Below are positions 45,139 to 54,565 of a DNA stretch of 64,000 nt, piece by piece; the first letter of the stretch is position 1, and each line of letters starts with the position of its first letter. A model generated the notes under the pieces. That model searched no databases. It had not been told where the DNA came from and was given only the letters and a program-made list of their open reading frames with translations. This stretch comes from Longimicrobiales bacterium (GTDB taxonomy: Bacteria > Gemmatimonadota > Gemmatimonadetes > Longimicrobiales > RSA9), in contig DASTYK010000153.1 of assembly GCA_035764935.1 (NCBI GenBank), positions 9,997 to 73,996 of the forward strand. The letters run 5' to 3'. The translations under genes were made by a program, and so were the position numbers.

Positions 45139-45876
45139 ATGGATTTCGAACCCTTCCGGAAACACGCAGAGGCCGCCTGGGCGCGCATACCGGACCGCTA
45201 CAAGGCCGGTGTGGACGGATTGCTCGTTGAGCGAGAAGCGAAGCCGCACCCGGAGCGGCCGGAGGTATTCACCCTGGGGGAGTGCATCACGGAAAGCTAC
45301 CCGTCGGAGTGGGGAGGCCCGGACACCACGCGTTCCTGGGTCGCACTGTACCATGGTTCCTTCCGCCACGTCGCCGCCGAGGATGACCACTTCGACTGGG
45401 ACGAGGAGATCTGGGAAACGCTGACCCACGAGCTGCGCCACCACCTGGAGTCGCTGGCGGATTCCGACGAGCTGGGCGACGTGGATTACGCCGTGGACGA
45501 GAATTTCAAGCGGCGCGACGGAGAGCCGTTCGATCCCTGGTTCTACCGCGCCGGCGAGCCGGTCGGACCCGGGCTGTACCAGGTCGAGGACGAGATCTTC
45601 CAGGAGCACGCGTACCGCGAGCGGGCGCCGCACGTCGATGTAGAGTTCGACGGGCGCCGCTGGCGCGTGGACTGGCCGGCCGAGGACGCCGACGTCGTGT
45701 TCGTGGAGCTGGAGGAGGTGGCGGATCCGCCGCTGCTGTACACGCTGGTGCTCGCGCGCCAGGCGGGTGCCTGGCAGGCACTGCGCTCGCTCCTGGCGCG
45801 CCGCGCACCGACGATCGCCGAGGTGCCGGGCCGTGCCGACCCGCTCGGGTTGGACCGCCCGACCGGGAGCGGCTAA
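45139..45876 (+). CDS. Zincin-like metallopeptidase-domain protein (HExxH) with unknown C-terminal half
   Basis: ATG 45139. Motif TLTHELRHHLESL follows a YHGSF segment, as in the small 'possible zinc metallopeptidase' (DUF1025-like) family. The C-terminal ~110 aa is unassigned. Confidence 0.7.
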   Translation: MDFEPFRKHAEAAWARIPDRYKAGVDGLLVEREAKPHPERPEVFTLGECITESYPSEWGGPDTTRSWVALYHGSFRHVAAEDDHFDWDEEIWETLTHELRHHLESLADSDELGDVDYAVDENFKRRDGEPFDPWFYRAGEPVGPGLYQVEDEIFQEHAYRERAPHVDVEFDGRRWRVDWPAEDADVVFVELEEVADPPLLYTLVLARQAGAWQALRSLLARRAPTIAEVPGRADPLGLDRPTGSG

Positions 45877-45879
45877 CCT

Positions 45880-46635
45880 GTGCGCATGAGCACAGCCGAT
45901 CGTCGTCCGACACCGTGGGCGCTCATCTTTGATGCGCCCTTCTTCCAGGAAGAGCATTTCCCCCGCATCGCGCAGGAGGAGGACGCGCGCGAGGAGGAGG
46001 GGCGCGTCGTGGACCCGGCCACGATGCTCGCGCTGCCAGCAGGCCGCGCGCTCCTCGAAGCCATTCTCCCTGACGACGTCCGGGGGCCGGCCGCGGCGCC
46101 GGGCCGCTCCGCCAGCGCTGCATCCGCGTTCGTGGTGGATCGCTATGCCGCGCTGCTCTTCGTCGCGTACCGCTTCTGGCGCGGCGGCGGAAAGGAGCAC
46201 GCCTTCGACGAGGCGACGGTCCGCCCGCTGCTCGAAGCGGGCAGCGCACCGGCGGACTGGTCGCTGGCCGGGGTACCGGAGACCGGTTACGTGGTGCTGC
46301 CGCGCAACCTGGTCTGGTCGCGTGTCGAAGACGCTGCCCCGGCAGAGCCGCTGGACGGGTTCTTCTGGGTTCGTTCCGAGGGTGCGACGCCGCAGCTCGC
46401 GGTCGTTGCCGCGCTCGGCGTGCGCGCCGAGCGCGGAGGGTTCAGCGTCCTCGATGCAGCAGCACCGCTCCCGCCGGAAGGCCACTTCGCAGCGGACGCG
46501 CCGCCTGCGGGCGAGTTCGACAACTTCCTGCCGGGTGGCGAGCTGCAGAAGCTCTTCGGCGTGCGCACCTCGGAAGCGCTGATGCGGCTCGCCACGCTGC
46601 TGCTCTGGCAGCTTTCGCAGCGGCAGGATGGATAA
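45880..46635 (+). CDS. Hypothetical protein (about 250 aa)
   Basis: GTG 45880 or ATG 45886, starting 3 nt after the upstream stop. Its end overlaps the PolX start by 8 nt. No motif recognised. Confidence 0.55.
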   Translation: MRMSTADRRPTPWALIFDAPFFQEEHFPRIAQEEDAREEEGRVVDPATMLALPAGRALLEAILPDDVRGPAAAPGRSASAASAFVVDRYAALLFVAYRFWRGGGKEHAFDEATVRPLLEAGSAPADWSLAGVPETGYVVLPRNLVWSRVEDAAPAEPLDGFFWVRSEGATPQLAVVAALGVRAERGGFSVLDAAAPLPPEGHFAADAPPAGEFDNFLPGGELQKLFGVRTSEALMRLATLLLWQLSQRQDG

Positions 46636-48361
46636 GCACGCGCTCGCGCTCGCGCTGGAGGAGATCGCGACGCTGCTGCGCCTGCAGGGCGAGTCCAACC
46701 GGTTCCGCGCCCGCGCATTCGCGACGGCTGCGCGTGCCATCGAGAAGCTGGAGGCCGAGCCGCGTGCGCTGCTCGAGGACGACCAGCTCGAACAGGTGAA
46801 CGGCCTCGGCCCGGCGACTGCCCGCACGGTGCGCGAGCTGCTCGAGACCGGAACGTCGCGCTACCTGGAGGAGCTGCGCACGCGCGTGCCGAGCGGCATG
46901 CGTGACCTGCTGGCTGTGCCCGGCCTCGGGCCGACCAAGGTGGAGGCGCTCCACGACCGGCTCGGCATCGACACGCTCGACGATCTCGAGGCGGCTGCGC
47001 GGGCCGGGCGCATCGCACAGGTTCGCGGTTTTGGTGAGCGGCTGCAGGCGCGCATCCTGGAAGGAATCGCGTTCGTGCGTGGCGCGAGCGGACGCCGGCG
47101 GTATGCGCAGGCGCTGATCACTGCGAACCGCCTGCTGGCGTTTCTGCGCGCACAGCCCGGCATCGAGCGGGCGGAGCTCGCCGGCGAGCTGCGACGTGGC
47201 CTGGAGACGGTCGATGGTGCCGACTTCGTCGTTGCCGGCCGCGCGGACACATGCGACGCCGTCATCGAGGCGTTTCTGGGCGTCGCGCCCCCGTCCATGG
47301 CGAAGCGCACGGCGGACGGCGCGGAGTCCGTGCTCGCGGACGGACTGCGGATGCGCGTGCGTTGCGTGCCCGAGGAGCGGTTCGCGACGGCGCTGCTCTT
47401 CGCGACCGGCAGTGACGCACACCTGCAGGCACTGCAGCAGCGCGCGGAAGGCATGCGGCTCGCGCTTTCTGCGGAGGGGCTGCACAGCTGCAGCCGGCGC
47501 GTTCCGGTTCATACCGAGCGCGACGTCTACCAGGCGCTCGACCTCGCCTGGGTACCGCCGGAGCTGCGCGAGGACGACGAGAGCCTTTCGCTCGCCGCGA
47601 TGGATGCGCTGCCCTCGCTCGTCACATGGGAGGACCTGCGCGGCTGCTTTCACTGCCACACCGTCTACAGTGACGGCCGCGCGACGGTCGCGCAGATGGC
47701 GGAGGCCGCGCTCGAGCGCGGGTGGAGCTACCTCGGCATTGCGGACCACTCGCAGAACGCCGGCTATGCGGGCGGCCTGCGCGCGCAGGACCTGCGGCGC
47801 CAGCGCGCGGAGATCGATGCGTGGAACGCCCGCAACGGCTCGCGCCTGCGCCTTTTCGCCGGCATCGAGGCCGACATCCTGGCCGACGGCCGCATCGATC
47901 TCGGCGACGAACCCGGTGTCCTCGACGCGCTCGACTACGTGATCGGATCGGTGCACTCCAACTTCCGCATGAGCCGGGACGACATGACCAGGCGCATGCT
48001 GCGCGCGCTCGATGACCCGCGGCTCACGATCCTGGGACATGCGACCGGCCGGCTGCTGCTCAGCCGCGCGGGTTACGAGCTCGACATGGACGCGGTGCTG
48101 GAGAAGGCGGCGGAGCGCGGCGTCTCGGTCGAGATCAACTCCGACCCGCACCGTCTCGACCTGGACTGGCGACACTGGCCGGCCGCAAAGGCCCGCGGGG
48201 TGCCTGCGGCGATCAACCCGGACGCCCACGCGACGGAGCACCTCGATTATGTGCACTACGGCATCGTGATGGCGCGCAAGGGCGGGCTCGAGGCGACCGA
48301 CGTGCTCAATACACGGACACTCGAAGACGTGCAGCAGGCGCTGCTGCGAAGGAAGGCATAA
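46628..48361 (+). CDS. polX: Family X DNA polymerase with C-terminal PHP phosphoesterase domain (PolX)
   Basis: N-terminal 8-kDa/HhH regions (LNGLGPATARTV; LLAVPGLGPTKVEAL; VRGFGERLQARI). Palm segment AGELRRGLETVDGADFVVAG. PHP motifs CFHCHTVYSDG, LGIADHS, AGIEADI, IGSVHS, ILGHATGR, NPDAH. Confidence 0.9.
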   Translation: MDKHALALALEEIATLLRLQGESNRFRARAFATAARAIEKLEAEPRALLEDDQLEQVNGLGPATARTVRELLETGTSRYLEELRTRVPSGMRDLLAVPGLGPTKVEALHDRLGIDTLDDLEAAARAGRIAQVRGFGERLQARILEGIAFVRGASGRRRYAQALITANRLLAFLRAQPGIERAELAGELRRGLETVDGADFVVAGRADTCDAVIEAFLGVAPPSMAKRTADGAESVLADGLRMRVRCVPEERFATALLFATGSDAHLQALQQRAEGMRLALSAEGLHSCSRRVPVHTERDVYQALDLAWVPPELREDDESLSLAAMDALPSLVTWEDLRGCFHCHTVYSDGRATVAQMAEAALERGWSYLGIADHSQNAGYAGGLRAQDLRRQRAEIDAWNARNGSRLRLFAGIEADILADGRIDLGDEPGVLDALDYVIGSVHSNFRMSRDDMTRRMLRALDDPRLTILGHATGRLLLSRAGYELDMDAVLEKAAERGVSVEINSDPHRLDLDWRHWPAAKARGVPAAINPDAHATEHLDYVHYGIVMARKGGLEATDVLNTRTLEDVQQALLRRKA

Positions 48362-49072
48362 GTGGCGAAGAAGCAGATCGCGAAGAAGCAGTCAGCCAGG
48401 AAGTCTCCGCCCCGTCCGCGCTCCTGGCGCGAAAGCAAGGCCGCGCGCAGGGCGCGCGTAGAGGAAATTCTGAAGCGCCTGCACGCGGCATACCCGGACG
48501 CGAAGTGCTCGCTGGATTTCCGCAATCCGTACGAGCTGCTCGTCGCGACCATCCTGTCCGCGCAGTGCACCGACGAGCGGGTGAACATGGTCACGCCGGT
48601 TCTCTTCCGGCAGTACCCGGCTCCCGAGGACCTGGCCGGCGCGCGCCAGGAGGATGTCGAGGAGATCATCAAGTCGACCGGCTTCTTTCGCAACAAGGCG
48701 AAGAGCCTGCTCGGCATGGCCAACGCCGTGGTGGACCGGCACGATGGTCGCATCCCCGAGGAAATGGACGAGCTGGTGCGCCTGCCCGGTGTCGGTCGCA
48801 AGACGGCGAACGTGGTGCTCGGCAACGCGTTTCGCCGCAACGAGGGCGTGGTCGTCGATACGCACGTGACGCGCGTGTCGAACCGGCTCGGCCTGACGAA
48901 GAACACGGACGCGGTGAAGATCGAGAACGACCTGATCCCGCTCGTGCCGCGCGAGGAGTGGACCGACGTGTCGCACCTGTTCATCTACCATGGCCGCGCG
49001 ATCTGCAAGGCCCCGACACCGCGCTGCGAGGAGTGCATGCTGACCGACATCTGCCCCAGCTCGCGCGTGTGA
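48362..49072 (+). CDS. nth: Endonuclease III (DNA glycosylase/AP lyase) with Lys/Arg-rich N-terminal extension
   Basis: GTG 48362 directly follows the polX stop, with GAAGGAAGG upstream. YELLVATILSAQCTDERVN, HhH-GPD LPGVGRKTANVVL, VVDTHV, and the 4Fe-4S cluster C-x6-C-x2-C-x5-C (CKAPTPRCEECMLTDIC). Confidence 0.95.
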   Translation: MAKKQIAKKQSARKSPPRPRSWRESKAARRARVEEILKRLHAAYPDAKCSLDFRNPYELLVATILSAQCTDERVNMVTPVLFRQYPAPEDLAGARQEDVEEIIKSTGFFRNKAKSLLGMANAVVDRHDGRIPEEMDELVRLPGVGRKTANVVLGNAFRRNEGVVVDTHVTRVSNRLGLTKNTDAVKIENDLIPLVPREEWTDVSHLFIYHGRAICKAPTPRCEECMLTDICPSSRV

Positions 49073-49079
49073 GCGCGTC

Positions 49080-51185
49080 GTGAGCACGGACTCAGCGGCG
49101 CGCAACGCGCTGGCCGGCGAGGCGAGCCCGTTCCTGCAGCATGGCGCCACGCAGCCCGTCGACTGGATGCCGTGGGGGAGGGAAGCGTTCGAGCGAGCGC
49201 GCGCCGAGGACCGGCCGGTCCTGCTCGACATCGGCGCCGTGTGGTGCCACTGGTGTCACGTCATGGACGCGGAGAGCTACGACGATCCGGAAACGGCAGC
49301 GCTGATCAACGAGCATTTCATCGCGATCAAGGTCGATCGCGACGAGCGGCCCGATGTCGATGCTCGCTACCAGCGTGCCGTGCAGCTCATGACGGGTCAG
49401 GGCGGCTGGCCGCTCACGGCGTTCCTCACTCCCGACGGTGACGTCTTCTACGGCGGCACCTACTTCCCGCCGCGCGACAGCCACGGCAGACCTTCCATGA
49501 AGCGCGTGCTCACGGAGCTGGCGCGCCTCTGGCGCGAGGACCGCCAGCGCGCGCTGGAATCGATGATGTCAGTGCGCGAGAACCTGGCGCGCGTCGCGGA
49601 AGCGGAGTCGCAGCCCGGCGAGCTGGATCCCGCAGTGCTCGAGCACACGCTCGAAGAGCTGGCACAGTCGTTCGATTTTCGAAACGGCGGCTTCGGCCGT
49701 GCGCCCAAGTTTCCGAACGCGCCCGCGCTGGAGCTGCTGCTCGATCACGCTGTCGAGAACGACATTGCCTGGGCGCAGCGCGTGGTGGTCGAGACGATGC
49801 ACGCGATGGCGCGCGGCGGGATCTTCGACCAGCTCGGCGGCGGGTTTCACCGGTATGCGACGGACGCGCGCTGGCTCGTGCCGCACTTCGAGAAGATGGC
49901 CTACGACAATGGCCCGCTGCTGAGCGTGTACGCGCGCGCGGCCGAGGCGCTGTCGGACCCGGAGCTGCGCATGACGGCCGAAGGCATCATCGCGCACTAC
50001 CTCGACGTGGCCCCCGTGCTGCGCGACGAGGGCGGCTTTCCGGCGTCGCAGGATGCCGACTACGGCTTCGACAACGACGGCGACTACTGGACGTGGACGC
50101 GTGAGGAGGTGCGCAACGCGCTCGGCGGAGACGAGCTGCTCGTGCGTGCGGCCGTCCTCGCGTACGGGCTCGACGACGCGGGCTCCAGCATGCACCTGGA
50201 TCCGAGCCGTCACGTGCTCTTCCGCGCGGCGGATGCGGACGCAGTGGCGCGCACGCTGGAGATCGACGTCGCCGAAGCGAAGCAGACGCTGGAGGAGGTG
50301 CGTGGCCGGCTGAAGCAGGTGCGCGACGCGCGGCCGCGGCCGTTCGTCGACGAGACGCTGTATGCCGACTGGGTCTCGCTCGTGGCATCCGGGCACATCG
50401 CCGCGGCGCGCTGGATCGGCGACGATGACGCCGGTGCGGCTGCACTGCGCGCGCTCCACCGCGTGTTCGGCACGGGGTTCGACGATGGCATCGGGCTGCG
50501 CCACCGCGTGGGAGACACCGGATCCGGCCCGCTGCTGGACGACCAGGCGCACGGGCTGCTCGCCTGCCTCGACGCGTTCGAGTACACCCAGGACGCGCAG
50601 TGGCTGATGCGTGCCCGTGCGCTCGCGGACGTGCTGCTCGATCGGTTCCGCGATGAGCGGACCGGCGCGTTCCGCGACCGGCCGGCGGACGCCGCGGCAG
50701 ATGTGGACGTGCTGGATCAGCCGGTGCTGCCCATCGCCGATTCACCGACTCCCGCCGGCAACTCGAGCGCGGCCCTCGCACTGCTGCGCCTGCACGCGCT
50801 GACGCAGGAGAAGCGCTATGCGGATGTCGCGCATGCCGCACTGCGTGCCTTTGCCGGTGCTGCGCAGCGACTCGGCGGCTCGGCCTCGACCTACGCGCGA
50901 GCTCTGGCCTGGGTCGTTCTGCCCGTGACCAGCGTGGTGATCGTCGACAGCGGCGATGCGCAGGGCGACGCCCTGTTCAGTGCAGCGCTGCGCTCGACAC
51001 GACCGCGCACCGTGCTCCGCCGGATCCGGCCGGGTGAGGTCGAACCGGCAGCGCTGCCGCCGGAGCTGCGCGCAATGGTTACGGGTGAGGCGCCGCGAGC
51101 CTACGTCTGTGCCGGTCGTACGTGCGCGGCGCCCGTCAGCGAGCCGGCGGCGCTCATCGACGTGCTGCATACACTCCGCGGCTGA
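49080..51185 (+). CDS. Thioredoxin-domain protein of the YyaL/DUF255 family (N-terminal Trx fold + alpha/alpha toroid)
   Basis: VDWMPWGREAFERARAEDRPVLLDIGAVWCHWCHVMDAESY is the DUF255 signature. About 700 aa, as typical for the family. Confidence 0.9.
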   Translation: MSTDSAARNALAGEASPFLQHGATQPVDWMPWGREAFERARAEDRPVLLDIGAVWCHWCHVMDAESYDDPETAALINEHFIAIKVDRDERPDVDARYQRAVQLMTGQGGWPLTAFLTPDGDVFYGGTYFPPRDSHGRPSMKRVLTELARLWREDRQRALESMMSVRENLARVAEAESQPGELDPAVLEHTLEELAQSFDFRNGGFGRAPKFPNAPALELLLDHAVENDIAWAQRVVVETMHAMARGGIFDQLGGGFHRYATDARWLVPHFEKMAYDNGPLLSVYARAAEALSDPELRMTAEGIIAHYLDVAPVLRDEGGFPASQDADYGFDNDGDYWTWTREEVRNALGGDELLVRAAVLAYGLDDAGSSMHLDPSRHVLFRAADADAVARTLEIDVAEAKQTLEEVRGRLKQVRDARPRPFVDETLYADWVSLVASGHIAAARWIGDDDAGAAALRALHRVFGTGFDDGIGLRHRVGDTGSGPLLDDQAHGLLACLDAFEYTQDAQWLMRARALADVLLDRFRDERTGAFRDRPADAAADVDVLDQPVLPIADSPTPAGNSSAALALLRLHALTQEKRYADVAHAALRAFAGAAQRLGGSASTYARALAWVVLPVTSVVIVDSGDAQGDALFSAALRSTRPRTVLRRIRPGEVEPAALPPELRAMVTGEAPRAYVCAGRTCAAPVSEPAALIDVLHTLRG

Positions 51186-51254
51186 GTCACCGTTGCGCCC
51201 GCTGCGCGGGCGCCGCATGATCAGCAGCTCACGCATATCTCCCGAGAGGTCGCG

Positions 51255-51842
51255 ATGCCGACACGCGAAGACGCACTCGCGCTGCTGCACGAGTGGGTGG
51301 ACAATGAAGGGCTGATCAACCACATGAAGGCAGTGGAGGCCGCCGTGCGGCAGTACGCGCGCGAGCTGGGCGAAGACGAGGAGACCTGGGGACTCGCAGG
51401 GCTGCTGCACGATCTGGACTGGGAGAAGTACCCGGACGAGCACCCGCTCCGCGCCGTCGACGAGCTGCGTGCGCGCGGCTATCCCGAGGAAGTGCTGCAG
51501 GCGATCCTCGCACACCGCAGCGACTTCACCAGCGTGCAGCCCGAGTCGAAGCTGGACCGGGTGCTCGTGGCCTGCGATGAGCTGACGGGCCTGGTCAACG
51601 CAACCGCACTCGTGCGGCCGACCGGCATCGACGACCTGACGCCGAAGTCGGTGAAGAAGAAGATGAAGGACAAGGCCTTTGCCGCCGGCGTGGATCGCGA
51701 GGACGTGCGGCGCGGCGCGGAGCTGCTGGGCGTCGAGCTGGACGAGCACATCGCGAAGGTGATCGCGGCAATGCAGGAGATCGCGGAGGAGCTGGGGCTC
51801 CGGAAAAGTCCCGCCGCGGAGCAGTCACCAGGACCGATCTGA
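51255..51842 (+). CDS. HD-domain (HDIG-like) phosphohydrolase
   Basis: GAGAGG RBS. NHMKAVE ... GLLHDLDW provides the H...HD metal motif. 195 aa. Confidence 0.85.
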   Translation: MPTREDALALLHEWVDNEGLINHMKAVEAAVRQYARELGEDEETWGLAGLLHDLDWEKYPDEHPLRAVDELRARGYPEEVLQAILAHRSDFTSVQPESKLDRVLVACDELTGLVNATALVRPTGIDDLTPKSVKKKMKDKAFAAGVDREDVRRGAELLGVELDEHIAKVIAAMQEIAEELGLRKSPAAEQSPGPI

Positions 51843-51937
51843 CCACCCCTGCCCGGCAGCGCGACCCGGCGCTTCCAGGCGCCGGAGCTCGGCGGCCGCG
51901 TCAGGGCGGCGGCAGCGCCGGAACGCGATGTTGGACC

Positions 51938-52046
51938 CAGCAGCCTGCCCCAGCCCACCCGCTCCCACCGCCGTGCTCAGCCCACCCGCTCCCACGGGCT
52001 GCCCAGCCCACCCGTTCCAACGGCCGGTCCAGCCTGAACCGACGCC
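51938..52046. repeat. Tandem direct repeats, period about 26-27 bp (3 good and 1-2 degenerate copies)
   Basis: CAGCCCACCCGCTCCCAC at 51951 and 51978, CAGCCCACCCGTTCCAAC at 52004, and degenerate CAGCCTG.. copies at 51941 and 52030. Confidence 0.55.
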
Positions 52047-52147
52047 GGACTGACCTGATCACTCATCGCTGACCGCGCTGCTCGCCGCTCGCCCGGGGGT
52101 TCCGTGACAGCCCTTGCGCGCGTTGGGCGCCTCCCCGATCTTCGGTT

Positions 52148-52166
52148 GATAATGAGTCTCAACCTC
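52148..52166. promoter_or_regulatory. Candidate Fur box
   Basis: GATAATGAGTCTCAACCTC versus GATAATGATAATCATTATC: 13/19 matches, with the first 8 positions perfect. It lies just upstream of ATG 52179 of the TonB-dependent receptor and overlaps the alternative ATG 52152. Confidence 0.4.
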
Positions 52167-52178
52167 AATCCAGGTACC

Positions 52179-54557
52179 ATGATTCGTCGGAATATCTGCA
52201 GCATCGCCTGCGCCTGCGGCCTGATTGCGGCCGCACAGCCCGCCGGGGCGCAATCGAACGAGGTCACCATGTCGGGCACGGTTCGCACGGCGGAGGGATC
52301 GCCGGTGGCGGCCGCGTTCGTGTCCGTGTCCGGCGTGGCCGAGCGCAGTGCCGAGACGAACGCCGCCGGCGTGTTCCGCCTGCGTGTACCACCGGGGCAG
52401 TACACGTTGCGTATCGAGGCGGTGGGGTTTGGCGCGTCGACGCGCCCGGTGGACGTACCCGCGGCGGGGCTGCGGTTGGACGTCGTGCTCGAGGCGTCTG
52501 CCTACGCGCTTGCGCCGTTACAGGTGGTCGCTGCGACACGGACCGGCACCAGCGCGGCGACCCTGCCGATCAAGGTGGAAGTGATCGACAGAGCCGAGAT
52601 CGGCGTGCAGCAGACGCTGAGCTCGAACCCGACGGAAATGCTGTCGAACCTGATCCCGAGTTTTTCGCCTGCGCGGCAGAAACTGAGCACGGCGGGCGAG
52701 AGCTTCCGGGGTCGGCGTCCGCTGTTCCTGATCGATGGTGTGCCGCAGTCGAATCCGCTCCGTGATGGGCGACGGGACGGGTTCACGATCGACACCGAGG
52801 TGATCGAGCGGGTGGAGGTCGTGTTCGGTGCGAACGCGATCCAGGGGCTGGGCGCGACCGGTGGCATCATCAACTATGTGACGGTGCGTCCGCCGCTGTC
52901 GGGAGCACTGGAGCAGAGAGCGTCGCTCGCAGCGACGAGCGGTGACGCGTGGGACGGCGATGGTCTCGGCTGGCGCGCGCACTATTCGGCGGCAAAGCGC
53001 GTTGGTGAGCTGGACGTGCTGGGCGCGGTCAGTTACGAGCAGCGAGGGCTGCAGTACGACGCCGAGGGTCGGCCGATCGGGGTGGACAACGTGCAGGGCG
53101 ACGTGGCGGACTCGCGCGCCTACAACGTGCTTGGAAAGTTCGGGTGGCAGCCGGCCGCGGGGCAGCGCCTGCAATTGATGGTGAATGATTTCAGGCTGAA
53201 GCAGGACGGCAACTTCGAGACGGTGGCGGGCGACCGGTCGGCGGGCATCCCGGCGGTGGCGGTCGAGGGCAACCCCGAAGGCGTCGAGCCGATCAACGAT
53301 GTCACGACGGTGGCGCTGGACTACGAGAACTCGGGATTTGCCGGCGGCTCGCTTTCGGCCAAGGCGTACTACCAGGACTTCGCCGCCCTGTATGGAGGTG
53401 GTCGTTTCGACAGCTTCCAGGATCCGGCCATCGCACCGGTGGGCGAGCTGTTCGACCAGTCGGAGAACAACTCGGAAAAGCTGGGAGCACGGCTTACGTA
53501 TGCGCGCTCGCGCGTGGCGGACACGCGACTCGATGTGATTGCGGGATTCGACGTCCTGCGCGATCGCACGTATCAGCGGCTGGTGCACACGGACCGCAAC
53601 TGGGTGCCCGAGACGAACTTCGTCAACTATGCACCCTTCGTGCAGCTGGATCTGCAGGCCCACGAGTGGGTGTCGCTCTCGGCTGGCGCGCGCTGGGAGA
53701 TCGCGCAGCTCGACGTCGACGACTTCACGACGCTTGCGGGCAACCGCGACGACTTCCAGCGCATCGAGGTTGCGGGCGGCAGCCCCAGCTTCGACGAGCC
53801 GCTCTTCAATGTCGGTGCGGTGGTGACGCCGCTGCCGGAGCTGCGGGTCTACGGAACGCTGTCGCAGGCGTACACGATGCCGGATGTCGGTCGTGTGCTG
53901 CGTGGCGTTTCGGAACCGGGCACGGCGGTCGCTGATTTCCTCGCGCTGGAGCCGATCAAGACGGACAACCGCGAGGTCGGCGCAGCGCTGGGCAGCCGGA
54001 TGGGCCGCATCGGTGTGACCTACTTCGAATCGGAGTCGGATTACGGCTACCGGCTCGTGCCCAACACGGATGGGATCTTCCAGGTGATGCGGGAGCCCAC
54101 GCGCACGAGCGGCTGGGAGGCGAACGTCGGCGTCGATCCGCTCCGCCACCTTTCGCTCACGGCCGCATACTCGCGCCTGGACGGCAGCTACGACGGGGAC
54201 GGTGACGGCGAGCTGGAATCCGACCTGGGCGCCGCCGACATCGGCCCGGACCGCCTCAACCTGACGGCGGACATCAACCGCAGCGGGCGCGTGCGCGGCC
54301 GGCTGCAGAGCTTCACGTACTTCGACGAGACGTTCCGCGACGGCACGGGCGCCGAGACCGCACGCTTCGACGGCTACACTACGCTGGACGGCTCGGTCGC
54401 GGCGGACGTCGGCATCTCCACGGTCACGCTGTCCGTCTCGAACCTGTTCGACGAACAGTACATCACGTACTTCGGGCAGGCCGCGACCAACCTCGCCGAT
54501 CGCTACTTCGCCGGCCGTGGGCGGACGCTCACGCTGCGTGTGGACACGAGGTTCTGA
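52179..54557 (+). CDS. TonB-dependent outer-membrane receptor (siderophore-type) with N-terminal carboxypeptidase-regulatory-like domain
   Basis: Signal peptide MIRRNICSIACACGLIAAAQPAGAQ. CarboxypepD_reg-like segment (MSGTVRTAEGSPVAAAFVSVSG..NAAGVFRLRVPPGQYTLRIEAVGF). Plug (IERVEVVFGANAIQGLGATGGIINYV), barrel, and terminal ...LRVDTRF. ATG 52152 is an alternative start. Confidence 0.9.
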   Translation: MIRRNICSIACACGLIAAAQPAGAQSNEVTMSGTVRTAEGSPVAAAFVSVSGVAERSAETNAAGVFRLRVPPGQYTLRIEAVGFGASTRPVDVPAAGLRLDVVLEASAYALAPLQVVAATRTGTSAATLPIKVEVIDRAEIGVQQTLSSNPTEMLSNLIPSFSPARQKLSTAGESFRGRRPLFLIDGVPQSNPLRDGRRDGFTIDTEVIERVEVVFGANAIQGLGATGGIINYVTVRPPLSGALEQRASLAATSGDAWDGDGLGWRAHYSAAKRVGELDVLGAVSYEQRGLQYDAEGRPIGVDNVQGDVADSRAYNVLGKFGWQPAAGQRLQLMVNDFRLKQDGNFETVAGDRSAGIPAVAVEGNPEGVEPINDVTTVALDYENSGFAGGSLSAKAYYQDFAALYGGGRFDSFQDPAIAPVGELFDQSENNSEKLGARLTYARSRVADTRLDVIAGFDVLRDRTYQRLVHTDRNWVPETNFVNYAPFVQLDLQAHEWVSLSAGARWEIAQLDVDDFTTLAGNRDDFQRIEVAGGSPSFDEPLFNVGAVVTPLPELRVYGTLSQAYTMPDVGRVLRGVSEPGTAVADFLALEPIKTDNREVGAALGSRMGRIGVTYFESESDYGYRLVPNTDGIFQVMREPTRTSGWEANVGVDPLRHLSLTAAYSRLDGSYDGDGDGELESDLGAADIGPDRLNLTADINRSGRVRGRLQSFTYFDETFRDGTGAETARFDGYTTLDGSVAADVGISTVTLSVSNLFDEQYITYFGQAATNLADRYFAGRGRTLTLRVDTRF

Positions 54558-54565
54558 GTCGCGCG

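Noticed and set aside
45133-48256. Two overlapping minus-strand ORFs of 564 and 604 aa (45133..46827, 46442..48256)
   Set aside because: They are antisense to the zincin-like gene, the hypothetical gene and PolX, whose plus-strand products carry HExxH, HhH and PHP motifs. No motifs on the minus strand.
52152-52178. Earlier start (MSLNLNPGT..) for the TonB-dependent receptor
   Set aside because: ATG 52152 lies inside the Fur-box-like sequence. The signal peptide reads well from ATG 52179. It is kept as an alternative only.
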